Sequence record: SRR22947727_548
DNA: 40,914 nucleotides
Reading direction: 5' to 3' (one strand)
Within the stretch, counting starts at the first letter, position 1. Each line of letters starts with the position of its first letter. Of the stretch, positions 18,748 to 27,190 are shown in pieces. The notes beneath the pieces are model-generated. The model worked only from the letters and a program-made list of their open reading frames with translations. It was not told the origin of the DNA and did not search any database. A program made the position numbers and the translations under genes.

Positions 18748-20391
18748 TTAACCAACTCTTCTTTCTGTTCTTGAATCAACATTTTGATTACCTGCTTCTG
18801 CTGGCAATCCGGTCATGCGCTTATCCGGCCCTACTTCGTTCCTTGCTTTATTCCTTGTGGCCGGTGGATTTTCTTGGGGCTTAGAACCGCCTCCTTGTGC
18901 CATTTCTCTCATATTTTCATCTAAATCTCTTTGGTCTAAATTAGAACCTGCTAATGGGTCATTCTGTATTGGTTCTTCTCCTTCTGCCGGTGGTTGCTCC
19001 GGTTTGGGTTCCGGCTTTTTGAATGTAAATTGACCATCTTCATCCATATCAACTTCAAATCCTAAGTTTTTAATCGAAGCGGCAATATTAACTTCAATCT
19101 CTCTTTTACGAAGACCTGCAATTTCGTCTTCTTCTTCCGAAGGAGGTAATTTCAAATTCCAATCAGTAATACCGAATTGTTTTGTTAAGTATGGGAAAAC
19201 ATAATTGTTGTAGACATTTTGTGCCATTTGAACAGCACGATTTGTCACAAGTATTTGCATACCTTCATTATTCAATCCACCACTTGCTGTACTATCAGCC
19301 ATGAATACTTTGCTAACCCCATAGAAAGCAGAAATTCTATCTCTTAAATCATCCTTTACTGAAATGTAATCCATCTCTTTAAGACTGTCCATGAACTTTA
19401 TCCATTCAACAGCACCCTTTCCATTCTCGGCTTCAATACCCATAACAGGAATAAAGTGAGGGTCTGCTTCCATCTTTTCTTTAACGCCTCTCCAAAAGGC
19501 TCTCATTGAATCCATGTTTCGAGTTTGAACCGCCAATAAACCTCTTGGCATTCTGCTCTTAGTGTATGCGGAATTAACATAGTTCTCCATAGCAATAAGA
19601 GTCATAATATGATTGTATAATGTAATTACAGGAGAGAAACCATAAAGCCTACTCGGACTGTATTTACTAAAGTGCAAAACTTCTCCTTCTAAGAAATATT
19701 GGTCTTCCCCATTTGCTCTATTTACAAAGTGTACGGGCTTCATATCGGAGCCACAGGTTTCACAAGTAGCATAAGGTTCAGTAGCCAACATATTTCTATG
19801 ATGAACACAAGTAAATCCTTTTGTTCCCTTTACACCATCTTCATCAGCATAAATAAACATAGTCACAGGGTCGCCACGATAGATTTCTTTAATGCGGTGC
19901 ATTCGTATTTTACCATTACCATCCAAAAAGTATTCCTTTACTAGAACAATATAGGCATCATCCATAGTATTCAAATCATCCTCAAGTTCTTTTAATACAT
20001 CAATAAACAATTGTTCGGAAGGATTGACATATCCTTCCAAAAACTTCTCAGCGAATTGTAGTTGTTTAACATCTGGAACTCTTAAATCCTCAGATTCACA
20101 ACGGGAACATTGTTGAACAGGTCTTTTGTGTTTCTTTCCACAATTGTTACATATTGCTTCAAATGCCTTTTCCCAGACATATCCTCTACGATATACTTCT
20201 TGCTTCAATTGAGTAATGCAAGTCCTAACAATAACAGACTGTTGAACCATAGAATAAATGATGGGTGCTGTCATCATATAGTTATTCTGCCTTTCTTGAA
20301 TACCCATATTGAATATCTGTCTATCCGCAGGTTTAGGAGTAGAACGCCTAAACAAATTAGTAAAAGAGAATCGTCGTCTTTCTTCAGCCAT
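18748..20391 (-). CDS. Portal protein with zinc-ribbon insertions
   Basis: 547 aa after TerL. EVLHFSKYSP..LYGFSP, PRGLL, KEMDY and ISAFYGVS are HK97/SPP1-like portal motifs; two C4/C3H clusters are inserted. Confidence 0.9.
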   Translation of the reverse strand: MAEERRRFSFTNLFRRSTPKPADRQIFNMGIQERQNNYMMTAPIIYSMVQQSVIVRTCITQLKQEVYRRGYVWEKAFEAICNNCGKKHKRPVQQCSRCESEDLRVPDVKQLQFAEKFLEGYVNPSEQLFIDVLKELEDDLNTMDDAYIVLVKEYFLDGNGKIRMHRIKEIYRGDPVTMFIYADEDGVKGTKGFTCVHHRNMLATEPYATCETCGSDMKPVHFVNRANGEDQYFLEGEVLHFSKYSPSRLYGFSPVITLYNHIMTLIAMENYVNSAYTKSRMPRGLLAVQTRNMDSMRAFWRGVKEKMEADPHFIPVMGIEAENGKGAVEWIKFMDSLKEMDYISVKDDLRDRISAFYGVSKVFMADSTASGGLNNEGMQILVTNRAVQMAQNVYNNYVFPYLTKQFGITDWNLKLPPSEEEDEIAGLRKREIEVNIAASIKNLGFEVDMDEDGQFTFKKPEPKPEQPPAEGEEPIQNDPLAGSNLDQRDLDENMREMAQGGGSKPQENPPATRNKARNEVGPDKRMTGLPAEAGNQNVDSRTERRVG

Positions 20392-20402
20392 ACACTACAC
20401 CC

Positions 20403-20558
20403 CTACTCGTTTGCAGGTTCCTCTTCTGTTATATACTCTTCGACAGTCATTTTGACGGGCCTACCTTTTTTAAGCCAACATTGCCTACAAAAACCAAAAG
20501 GCATTAAGTTTCGTGAAGATGTAGTATAGCATCGTCCACAATACATAAATCCCATCAT
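20403..20558 (-). CDS. Small zinc-finger protein (51 aa, below ORF-track cutoff)
   Basis: Manual translation MMGFMYCGRCYTTSSRNLMPFGFCRQCWLKKGRPVKMTVEEYITEEEPANE. GGAGTG RBS, ATGA overlap with the upstream stop, and it fills the gap. Confidence 0.7.
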   Translation of the reverse strand: MMGFMYCGRCYTTSSRNLMPFGFCRQCWLKKGRPVKMTVEEYITEEEPANE

Positions 20559-21928
20559 ATCACTCCATCGCTTTTTAAAATAGTACCAACCTGTTCCATA
20601 GAATCCATAACAGACATTTTACAATTGTCTTTGTATTTTTGAATATTATCTAAGTAAATGCCTTCCTTCAACCAATCAAAACCTACATGGTCTTTGTGAT
20701 TCTCCCACTTCATTAACTTGAAAATTTCATCACATCTTGGCTTGTACCATTCTTCTTTCTTATATGATTTTTTCATACGAATAAGTTCAAGTAATAGTTC
20801 TGCATTTCCTTTCTTCAATCTGAAATGAGGTAAGCACTTAGTTAGTAAATCTGTGACATGGGTTTGTGAATAAAAATTTAATCTTTGAACAGGTCGTGTG
20901 TCTTGTGGTGACTTCTGATTTAAATGTAATTTACCAAAACCAATAGATTTATGCATTTCTTCCATAAATGCACGACCTCTATCTCCCGTAGCAATTAGAC
21001 CTACTCTTGGATTATGGTTTCTATCCATAGTAATATATCCATCGGAATCAATAAAGGCGGCAGTGTAGGCCCAAATGTTCTTTTTAATTTCAGTTGGCAT
21101 TTTGTAATACCCACCATCTACAACAGCAACATCTAATTTTTTAACCATTTTTGAAATCATATTAGTAGTAGTTCCTTTATTTAATTGGTTAGGCATTCTT
21201 TCATGTAGTTGCTTTACTCCAATTCCGGGCTGTTTTCTAATTTCACTTTCAATAAAACTAAGTACCTTTTCCTTCTTTGATTTAGCAAGAGATTGGTCGG
21301 AAATCTTTTTAATTTCTGCTCTAAAGTCTTTCTTGGCTAAACGACAAGCCTTTTCCATAGAGGAATAATCTTTACCATAGACCATATCAGTTTTCTTTAA
21401 GTCATGTTCCCAAAACTTACAAAGAGAATCAACTACCTTTCTTCTAGTCTTTACATCATCAATTTTGTATAGTTTCAATAAATCCTTTTCATTAAATCTC
21501 ATTTTAAGAAGAGGCTCTTTGTATGGATTTAACCAATAAATAGATTCAATACACTTTGAAATATGTTCAGAGTAGCCATCAATAATTGTATCAATTGCTT
21601 TAGCCATTCTTACTCTATCTTCTCCCTTAAGTTGTCTTCTTGCCCTACGCATTTTTTTAACCAAGTCTGGGATATTTTCTCCATCAACAACATATTGATT
21701 TGGGAATGAAGTTAATTGCTTTCTTGCTTCTGTGGCATTAATGTTTAAATTCTTAGAAAGAGTAGTAATTGCTTCATAATCTGACATAACATAGTCAGTG
21801 ATACCTTTGTTTAGTTCAATACCAACATCATTAAGGGCTTGAACAACGGGCTTCCTTTCTTCTTGTAGTTCCTCTAACTCTTCAATTTCATCTTTTGATT
21901 CAATTAAATCTTGTTCTGTAACCATCAT
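20555..21928 (-). CDS. LAGLIDADG endonuclease-domain protein with long helical/HTH N-terminal region
   Basis: AYTAAFIDSDGYI motif and LPHFRLKK downstream helix; winged-HTH-like IRKQPGIGVKQLH segment. Confidence 0.75.
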   Translation of the reverse strand: MMVTEQDLIESKDEIEELEELQEERKPVVQALNDVGIELNKGITDYVMSDYEAITTLSKNLNINATEARKQLTSFPNQYVVDGENIPDLVKKMRRARRQLKGEDRVRMAKAIDTIIDGYSEHISKCIESIYWLNPYKEPLLKMRFNEKDLLKLYKIDDVKTRRKVVDSLCKFWEHDLKKTDMVYGKDYSSMEKACRLAKKDFRAEIKKISDQSLAKSKKEKVLSFIESEIRKQPGIGVKQLHERMPNQLNKGTTTNMISKMVKKLDVAVVDGGYYKMPTEIKKNIWAYTAAFIDSDGYITMDRNHNPRVGLIATGDRGRAFMEEMHKSIGFGKLHLNQKSPQDTRPVQRLNFYSQTHVTDLLTKCLPHFRLKKGNAELLLELIRMKKSYKKEEWYKPRCDEIFKLMKWENHKDHVGFDWLKEGIYLDNIQKYKDNCKMSVMDSMEQVGTILKSDGVI

Positions 21929-21935
21929 AACCACC

Positions 21936-23366
21936 TCAAAAATTCATACCTATTACGCCACTATTCCGCTTATACTTGTTAGTGGTAGGCGGCTCAAACA
22001 GTCCTAAATCGTCAAGCAGTATGAAGGTTTCACTCATGGTATGTGTGGCCGCATTTGCTAACGCAAGGCTCATCACCATGTCGTCATGCGCCCCTATACC
22101 CTCGAATTTTCCCTTCTCGGTGATAGCAAACATAGACAATTCTTCAAGTAATGTCATTGAAACTCTTCTGCTTTCTTCATTGCCATAAGGTAGGTTAATC
22201 TTTTTATTTTCAAAATTCATTTGAAGACTTAGAATAATCTCTTCTTTCTTCTTACGAGTAGTATTGAAGTCGTGAACATTTAAATCACTAACATTCCTTA
22301 ACTCTTGCGTAAAAGATTTAGCGAATGTATTTGTTTCAAAGAGAACAACTTCGGGATGGAACATCTTTCCAATTAACCTAACCTTTTCTATATTCTCCCT
22401 AAACTCAACATTCTTAGAACGGTCAATGAATACAATAGTTTTATTATCGTGTTCATCAACTTCTAGAACTGTAATAACATTGTAGTCGCCATCTGTTGAA
22501 ATAGCAGGGTCCACACCTACATAATACTTGTAGCCTTCACGACGATGCGGCTTGAGAATATGTTCTTTACTCTTTGCTAATTCTAAATAGTCAGGATTGA
22601 ATAGAGAAGTACCTGTTGATATAGGAACACATAAATATTCCCGTGTGAACATTAAAGAACCAACTTCAGCCTTTCTTGCTATTAGGGCATCATAGTCCCA
22701 TCTTTCAGGCCAAAGGGGTTCATTGAGAGCATTGAAACAAGGATATGTTCGGACTGTATATGCAGGATTCTCTTCGAGTTGTTGATAAATATCTGTATAA
22801 CTGAAGGGAGTTCCAATAACTCTCAATGAAGCGGTGTGGTGAAGTGTTGGAATCATGTCACCATAAAACCAATCTGTGACCTTTTGAATACCTGTCATGC
22901 TAAACTCTTTCAAAGGGTCGTCAATAATAATCTCTTGAGGGTGAAGACCACGAATCTGTGAGCCAACGGAACGCTCAAGAATTTGATTACCATTGGTAAG
23001 GGTAATGTTTCCAATAGCCCAACCCCTTGCAGGTTTAAATTTCTTTAACATAGGATGATTAAACATCTTGTCAATATCTCTCATGTGAACCATTGTCTGT
23101 TTTTGGTTAGATGAAATGTAAAGCATTTGATAAGGTGGCTCTTGGAAAATTAAATTCCAAACAACCCAACTGTGCATAAATACAGATTTTCCGTGGTCAC
23201 GGCTACAAACAATGACAGTTCTTTGTGTATCATTCATTAACTCTAACCATTCTTGTTGATACTTGGGAAACATAAAACCTAGAACATTTTGGAAAAAATA
23301 TGGAAAAGAGTTTTTGGATAACTCCATATCCATTTGATGTTCAAAATTAAATGCTTCTACTTCCAT
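21936..23366 (-). CDS. terL: Terminase large subunit
   Basis: Walker A SRDHGKS, Walker B IIIDD, GTP coupling motif, nuclease GVDPA and HDDMVMSLALA. Confidence 0.95.
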   Translation of the reverse strand: MEVEAFNFEHQMDMELSKNSFPYFFQNVLGFMFPKYQQEWLELMNDTQRTVIVCSRDHGKSVFMHSWVVWNLIFQEPPYQMLYISSNQKQTMVHMRDIDKMFNHPMLKKFKPARGWAIGNITLTNGNQILERSVGSQIRGLHPQEIIIDDPLKEFSMTGIQKVTDWFYGDMIPTLHHTASLRVIGTPFSYTDIYQQLEENPAYTVRTYPCFNALNEPLWPERWDYDALIARKAEVGSLMFTREYLCVPISTGTSLFNPDYLELAKSKEHILKPHRREGYKYYVGVDPAISTDGDYNVITVLEVDEHDNKTIVFIDRSKNVEFRENIEKVRLIGKMFHPEVVLFETNTFAKSFTQELRNVSDLNVHDFNTTRKKKEEIILSLQMNFENKKINLPYGNEESRRVSMTLLEELSMFAITEKGKFEGIGAHDDMVMSLALANAATHTMSETFILLDDLGLFEPPTTNKYKRNSGVIGMNF

Positions 23367-23371
23367 AATAA

Positions 23372-23734
23372 TCACACATTATCTACTGTAAAATTAATTT
23401 TTCTTTTCATAGCCTTAGTAAATCTACGCACAGTATCAGAAATATCTTGAGTTAAAGAATCATTAAGGGGCCATTCGTCCATGTAGTCTACTAACTTGGA
23501 AAGTTGCCTATATACATAAGTAAGTGTATCATCATCGTAATCTTTGTCTGCAATTACTTTTCCTAATGCAGATAATCTACCATTAAAACTATGTGTTTCA
23601 TTTTTACTTCCCCAACTGTACGGGGTAAGGTCATTAAATTTTTGAAATCCAGCATCTACTTTGCGGTATAATTCAATATATAAATCTGTTATGTCTTCAT
23701 CAGTATCAAATTTTAATATGTTGAACCAAGTCAT
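23372..23734 (-). CDS. WxxILK-tagged hypothetical protein
   Basis: 120 aa, MTWFNILKF. Confidence 0.75.
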   Translation of the reverse strand: MTWFNILKFDTDEDITDLYIELYRKVDAGFQKFNDLTPYSWGSKNETHSFNGRLSALGKVIADKDYDDDTLTYVYRQLSKLVDYMDEWPLNDSLTQDISDTVRRFTKAMKRKINFTVDNV

Positions 23735-23738
23735 AATA

Positions 23739-24287
23739 TCAAATCCAAACTATCCAAGAATCGTTCTTTTTAATATCCCAACGATTATTATATCTATCAG
23801 AAGTTTTGAAGAAATTTAAGACTTTATCCGGTATAACTTCATGCGTTTCAGGTTGTTCGCCAGACATAAATCCAGCATCTTTGCCCATCTGAGTATATCC
23901 TGCAATCTTAGGTATTCCTTTTAAATCAGCCAAATACCTGACTCTAATCTTTCCAGAAGCATCACCTTTAAAATGTTTTGTTCTGTTTCCTCGGATTCCA
24001 CCAATATAAGCAAATTTCTTTCCTCCTTTTCCTTGACGCAAAGCATAACCACCCACAGCACCAAGAACAGGCTTTCCTTCAACTTTCTTAATTAGACCAA
24101 ACCATGTATCTACGGGATAATTTGAAAGCCCCCTACTGCTACGGGCTTGCATTTGCAATTCAGGATTACTAGCATTCCATAATTCTAGCATTTCACTTTC
24201 GTTATTCAACTTAACTAAAATTTCTTTTTTATCTCCTAGAAGTTCCAAGAGTCTTGGGTGTGATTTAATTAAGTTCCACCAACTCAT
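23739..24287 (-). CDS. WxxILK-tagged hypothetical protein (possible GNAT-like fold)
   Basis: Likely start is ATG 24287, MSWWNLIKS. The fold guess from the beta pattern (VLGAVGGY, AYIGGIRG) is weak. Confidence 0.65.
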   Translation of the reverse strand: MSWWNLIKSHPRLLELLGDKKEILVKLNNESEMLELWNASNPELQMQARSSRGLSNYPVDTWFGLIKKVEGKPVLGAVGGYALRQGKGGKKFAYIGGIRGNRTKHFKGDASGKIRVRYLADLKGIPKIAGYTQMGKDAGFMSGEQPETHEVIPDKVLNFFKTSDRYNNRWDIKKNDSWIVWI

Positions 24288-24288
24288 A

Positions 24289-24777
24289 TCATCTACCCCT
24301 ATCATACGACCTTTCCAAGTCGTTAGCGTACTTAAGCATATCTCTTCCTTCTCTTATTCTATTTCTACTATTACGCATAAGTAGTTCGGAAGTAATTTTC
24401 ATCATCTTAATAGTCTTAGAAAATTGTTCTTCAAGGTTTTTATCTAAGTCACTAGAGTATTTTCTTTTGGTTTGTATTTTTCCTCTTTCAAAGTCATTTA
24501 TTACTCTTTGAACACTAGTGTTAGTTAGCCCCTGTTGTAAAGAACCCTGTGAGTACATTTCCCAACCGCCTTTAGAATAAAAATCGGCAAAGAAACTATA
24601 ATACTTTTCAAATTCTTTTTCTGGAACTTGTATTGGAATTGTAGATAGTTTTTCAGGTTTGGATTTCATTGGCCTACCTAAGTTTCTTGTAGTTGCTTTA
24701 CGGTGTAGCCAAAGATTAGGAGTTGTTGCTTTTTTACCAACTAAGGCTGTTGATTTTAATAGAATTTCCCAACTCAT
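24289..24777 (-). CDS. WxxILK-tagged hypothetical protein
   Basis: MSWEILLKS. Confidence 0.7.
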   Translation of the reverse strand: MSWEILLKSTALVGKKATTPNLWLHRKATTRNLGRPMKSKPEKLSTIPIQVPEKEFEKYYSFFADFYSKGGWEMYSQGSLQQGLTNTSVQRVINDFERGKIQTKRKYSSDLDKNLEEQFSKTIKMMKITSELLMRNSRNRIREGRDMLKYANDLERSYDRGR

Positions 24778-25151
24778 CATCTGTCCCTCTTAGAATCTAA
24801 TTCTTTTTTGGCTCTCTTTTGCTTTTCTCTAAGTTCATCCATAGCAGTTCGAGGCTTAGGTTTATCTTCTAATTTTTCAAAGTAATCCATAATCTCATCT
24901 ATTTGCTCTTCTGTTGGATTAGAAGACATAAACTTTTCACCCAATTCTTGAACCTCTTTAGAGTCTTTGCCATATTTAGAAACATTCATTCTTAACATGG
25001 CTTTGAATTGGGGTACTAATAAAGCCTTTGCCTTTTTAGCCTCCCTTTCCATGATTCTATCTACTTTTTTCTGTTTTTCAGGGCTGGCATTTCTATACCC
25101 TCTTCCCTTTTTATAATCAGAATCCTTCTTTAAAACATCTTGCCAACTCAT
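24777..25151 (-). CDS. WxxILK-tagged basic hypothetical protein
   Basis: 124 aa, MSWQDVLKK. Confidence 0.75.
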   Translation of the reverse strand: MSWQDVLKKDSDYKKGRGYRNASPEKQKKVDRIMEREAKKAKALLVPQFKAMLRMNVSKYGKDSKEVQELGEKFMSSNPTEEQIDEIMDYFEKLEDKPKPRTAMDELREKQKRAKKELDSKRDR

Positions 25152-25160
25152 AACAATTCC

Positions 25161-25478
25161 TCACAAAAATTTATAATATCTCACATTTTTATATCCTATA
25201 AATTTGCCATCAGGGGCAAATCTCCGTTTTGCTGTTTTAATTTCTAATAGATTTCTATTCTTGAGCATACTTGTGATTCTATTTTTTATCCTATCTGATG
25301 GAACACCCTTATGTCGTTTAGCATACTTGTTTCTTACATCTTCTATGAATGTATCAAATTCGTTTGAATTTAGGACTTGCCCTTTTAATAGTTGGGCTTC
25401 TTGAATAGCAACCTCTTTTAGAAAGTCGTGGTCAAGCCTCCTAGCACCCCCCCGCTTAATTACTTTTTCCCAACTCAT
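25161..25478 (-). CDS. WxxILK-tagged protein, possible winged helix
   Basis: 105 aa, MSWEKVIKR; helices followed by a beta hairpin. Confidence 0.7.
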   Translation of the reverse strand: MSWEKVIKRGGARRLDHDFLKEVAIQEAQLLKGQVLNSNEFDTFIEDVRNKYAKRHKGVPSDRIKNRITSMLKNRNLLEIKTAKRRFAPDGKFIGYKNVRYYKFL

Positions 25479-25876
25479 TTCTCTCCCCTCATTTGGTTTT
25501 CTTTAGAAGTCTTATCATCATCAATTGGACCGCCCTTAGCCCAAGTATAGCAAGTTCTTGCTGAATGACATTTGAAATCGTGCATCCAACAGTAGCCTAA
25601 TCGACCATCTTCATCTGTATTTAGTGGCATACATTCGTCCATTCTTGGAGATATATCAAATGCAATACAATTACTGCAATTAGATTCCTTAGCAACCTCA
25701 GCAGTAGTTTTCCACTTCTTAGCGTATTCTTCCCAATACTTTTCGTCGCTTAGATTGAGAGGCCCGTATTGAATATGCTTTTCTTTAACCGCCCTATCCC
25801 TATTCTTAGTATTAAGTTTCAAATCTTGAGTCGCTCTAGGGCAAGACAGTTCTTTTAGAATAATCTTCCAACTCAT
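25475..25876 (-). CDS. WxxILK-tagged Cys-rich metal-binding protein
   Basis: 133 aa, MSWKIILKE; CSNC...GYCWMHDFKCHSARTC. Confidence 0.8.
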   Translation of the reverse strand: MSWKIILKELSCPRATQDLKLNTKNRDRAVKEKHIQYGPLNLSDEKYWEEYAKKWKTTAEVAKESNCSNCIAFDISPRMDECMPLNTDEDGRLGYCWMHDFKCHSARTCYTWAKGGPIDDDKTSKENQMRGEK

Positions 25877-26181
25877 TTCTTTCGACCTCTTTGTGGCTTA
25901 GGAGGTAGTCTTCCCCTCTTTTGTTTCTTTTTTCTTTTAGTGGGCTTATCAGTTTCTGCGGCATTAGGATTATTTCTCCTTCCAGCGACAAATTCACTCA
26001 TAGCGTGTTCTTCTTCTCTTCCACCACGAAGGCTATTTTTTCTTTCCCAATCCCTTTGTCTGCGTTCTTCTTCATCACGCTTTTTTTGCCTTCTTAGGTA
26101 AGCATTATGCCTTTCAATTTTTGCTCTCTTAGCCGCCATTTTTTTAGGATTATATTCCTTTAGTACATCTTTCCAACTCAT
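25873..26181 (-). CDS. WxxILK-tagged highly basic protein
   Basis: 102 aa, MSWKDVLKE; R/K-rich. Confidence 0.7.
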   Translation of the reverse strand: MSWKDVLKEYNPKKMAAKRAKIERHNAYLRRQKKRDEEERRQRDWERKNSLRGGREEEHAMSEFVAGRRNNPNAAETDKPTKRKKKQKRGRLPPKPQRGRKK

Positions 26182-26492
26182 GCTGTAAATGGCCCCCTTC
26201 TTTTACTGCCTTTTTTTGGTTCATGTGTGTATAAATCTCCATGTTTATGATGATTAATAGTCCCTCTTCTAACTAAAGCGTTGAGAACCCTTATGAGATT
26301 TTTACGGTCAGTAATGCTCTTAAGATTCTTCATACCCAAAGCACCACCTTCTTTAACAATTTCTGCAAGTATTTCTTTTTCTATTTGTCTATCGGTCTTC
26401 ACTGCTTTTTTTGTTCTTTCAGAACATTCAGCACAACCGCAAGACATTTTTTCTCCGCTACAATGCCCTTTTAATATATCTTTCCAATTCAT
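26178..26492 (-). CDS. WxxILK-tagged protein with Cys cluster and winged-HTH-like region
   Basis: Likely start is ATG 26492, MNWKDILKG; HC...CGCAEC and LIRVLNALVRRGTI. Confidence 0.7.
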   Translation of the reverse strand: MNWKDILKGHCSGEKMSCGCAECSERTKKAVKTDRQIEKEILAEIVKEGGALGMKNLKSITDRKNLIRVLNALVRRGTINHHKHGDLYTHEPKKGSKRRGPFTA

Positions 26493-26776
26493 TAACAATT
26501 CCACCTTCTTCTTGCTGCTTTGGCTTTTTCACTATAAGTGCCATCATCACGCTTAAATCCTCTTGACCTTGAGCAGAAATTCTTGCGCCTTTTAGCGGCT
26601 TTACTACCACGCTTCAATTTACTTGGTTTAGTGGTGACAGGAGCCTTTAGATTAGCACCTGTTTCACGCTTAAATTTAGCACGACCCTTAGCACTTAATC
26701 CTCCGGTCTTTGCGTGAATTTTTTTATTATATCCCTTAAAAGGTTTTTTCTTTAGAACTTCTTGCCATTCGTTCAT
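26492..26776 (-). CDS. WxxILK-tagged basic protein (GGLSAKGR...RRKNFCSR...RRRWNC type)
   Basis: 94 aa, MNEWQEVLKK. The domain resembles small basic proteins I recall from marine phages. Confidence 0.8.
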   Translation of the reverse strand: MNEWQEVLKKKPFKGYNKKIHAKTGGLSAKGRAKFKRETGANLKAPVTTKPSKLKRGSKAAKRRKNFCSRSRGFKRDDGTYSEKAKAARRRWNC

Positions 26777-27186
26777 GATTTTCCCTTCCTTCTTGGATAA
26801 CTTTTACATTTGGCACAGGTCGCCCTGCATCTTTGCTTTGTTCCTTTTGAAGCACTTTCACGGCCACAGGGCTTTACTCCCTTTTTATCATCTTCACAAG
26901 ATTGACAAGAAACCCAACCAGAAACCGTTTCACCATTTTCACCTTCGGCTTCTTGTTCAAACCATGTTTTCAAGGGATTAGCCTTCTTTACAGAATTGCC
27001 CCAATTAGCCGCACCAACATTTCGGCAACGAACTAAAGCCCCACTTCCATAAGCAGAAGGCCATTTCTTATATCGGCTTCTTACTTTGTAATAACAAGCA
27101 TCCTGTTTCTTTCCAGACCTTTGAGTTTTTCTTCTGCGAAGTTTCTTCTTCTTCGCTTTAACAATATCAAACCATAGTTCAGTCAT
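26773..27186 (-). CDS. WxxILK-tagged basic Cys-rich protein (DACY..V..RY..WPSAY.SGALV.CR type)
   Basis: Likely start is ATG 27186, MTELWFDIVKA, after an AGGTGA RBS. Confidence 0.75.
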   Translation of the reverse strand: MTELWFDIVKAKKKKLRRRKTQRSGKKQDACYYKVRSRYKKWPSAYGSGALVRCRNVGAANWGNSVKKANPLKTWFEQEAEGENGETVSGWVSCQSCEDDKKGVKPCGRESASKGTKQRCRATCAKCKSYPRRKGKS

Positions 27187-27190
27187 AGTA

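Noticed and set aside
20555-21928. Intein or group I intron interrupting terminase or portal
   Set aside because: TerL and portal are each complete single ORFs, and no C/S...HN splice motifs surround the LAGLIDADG domain.
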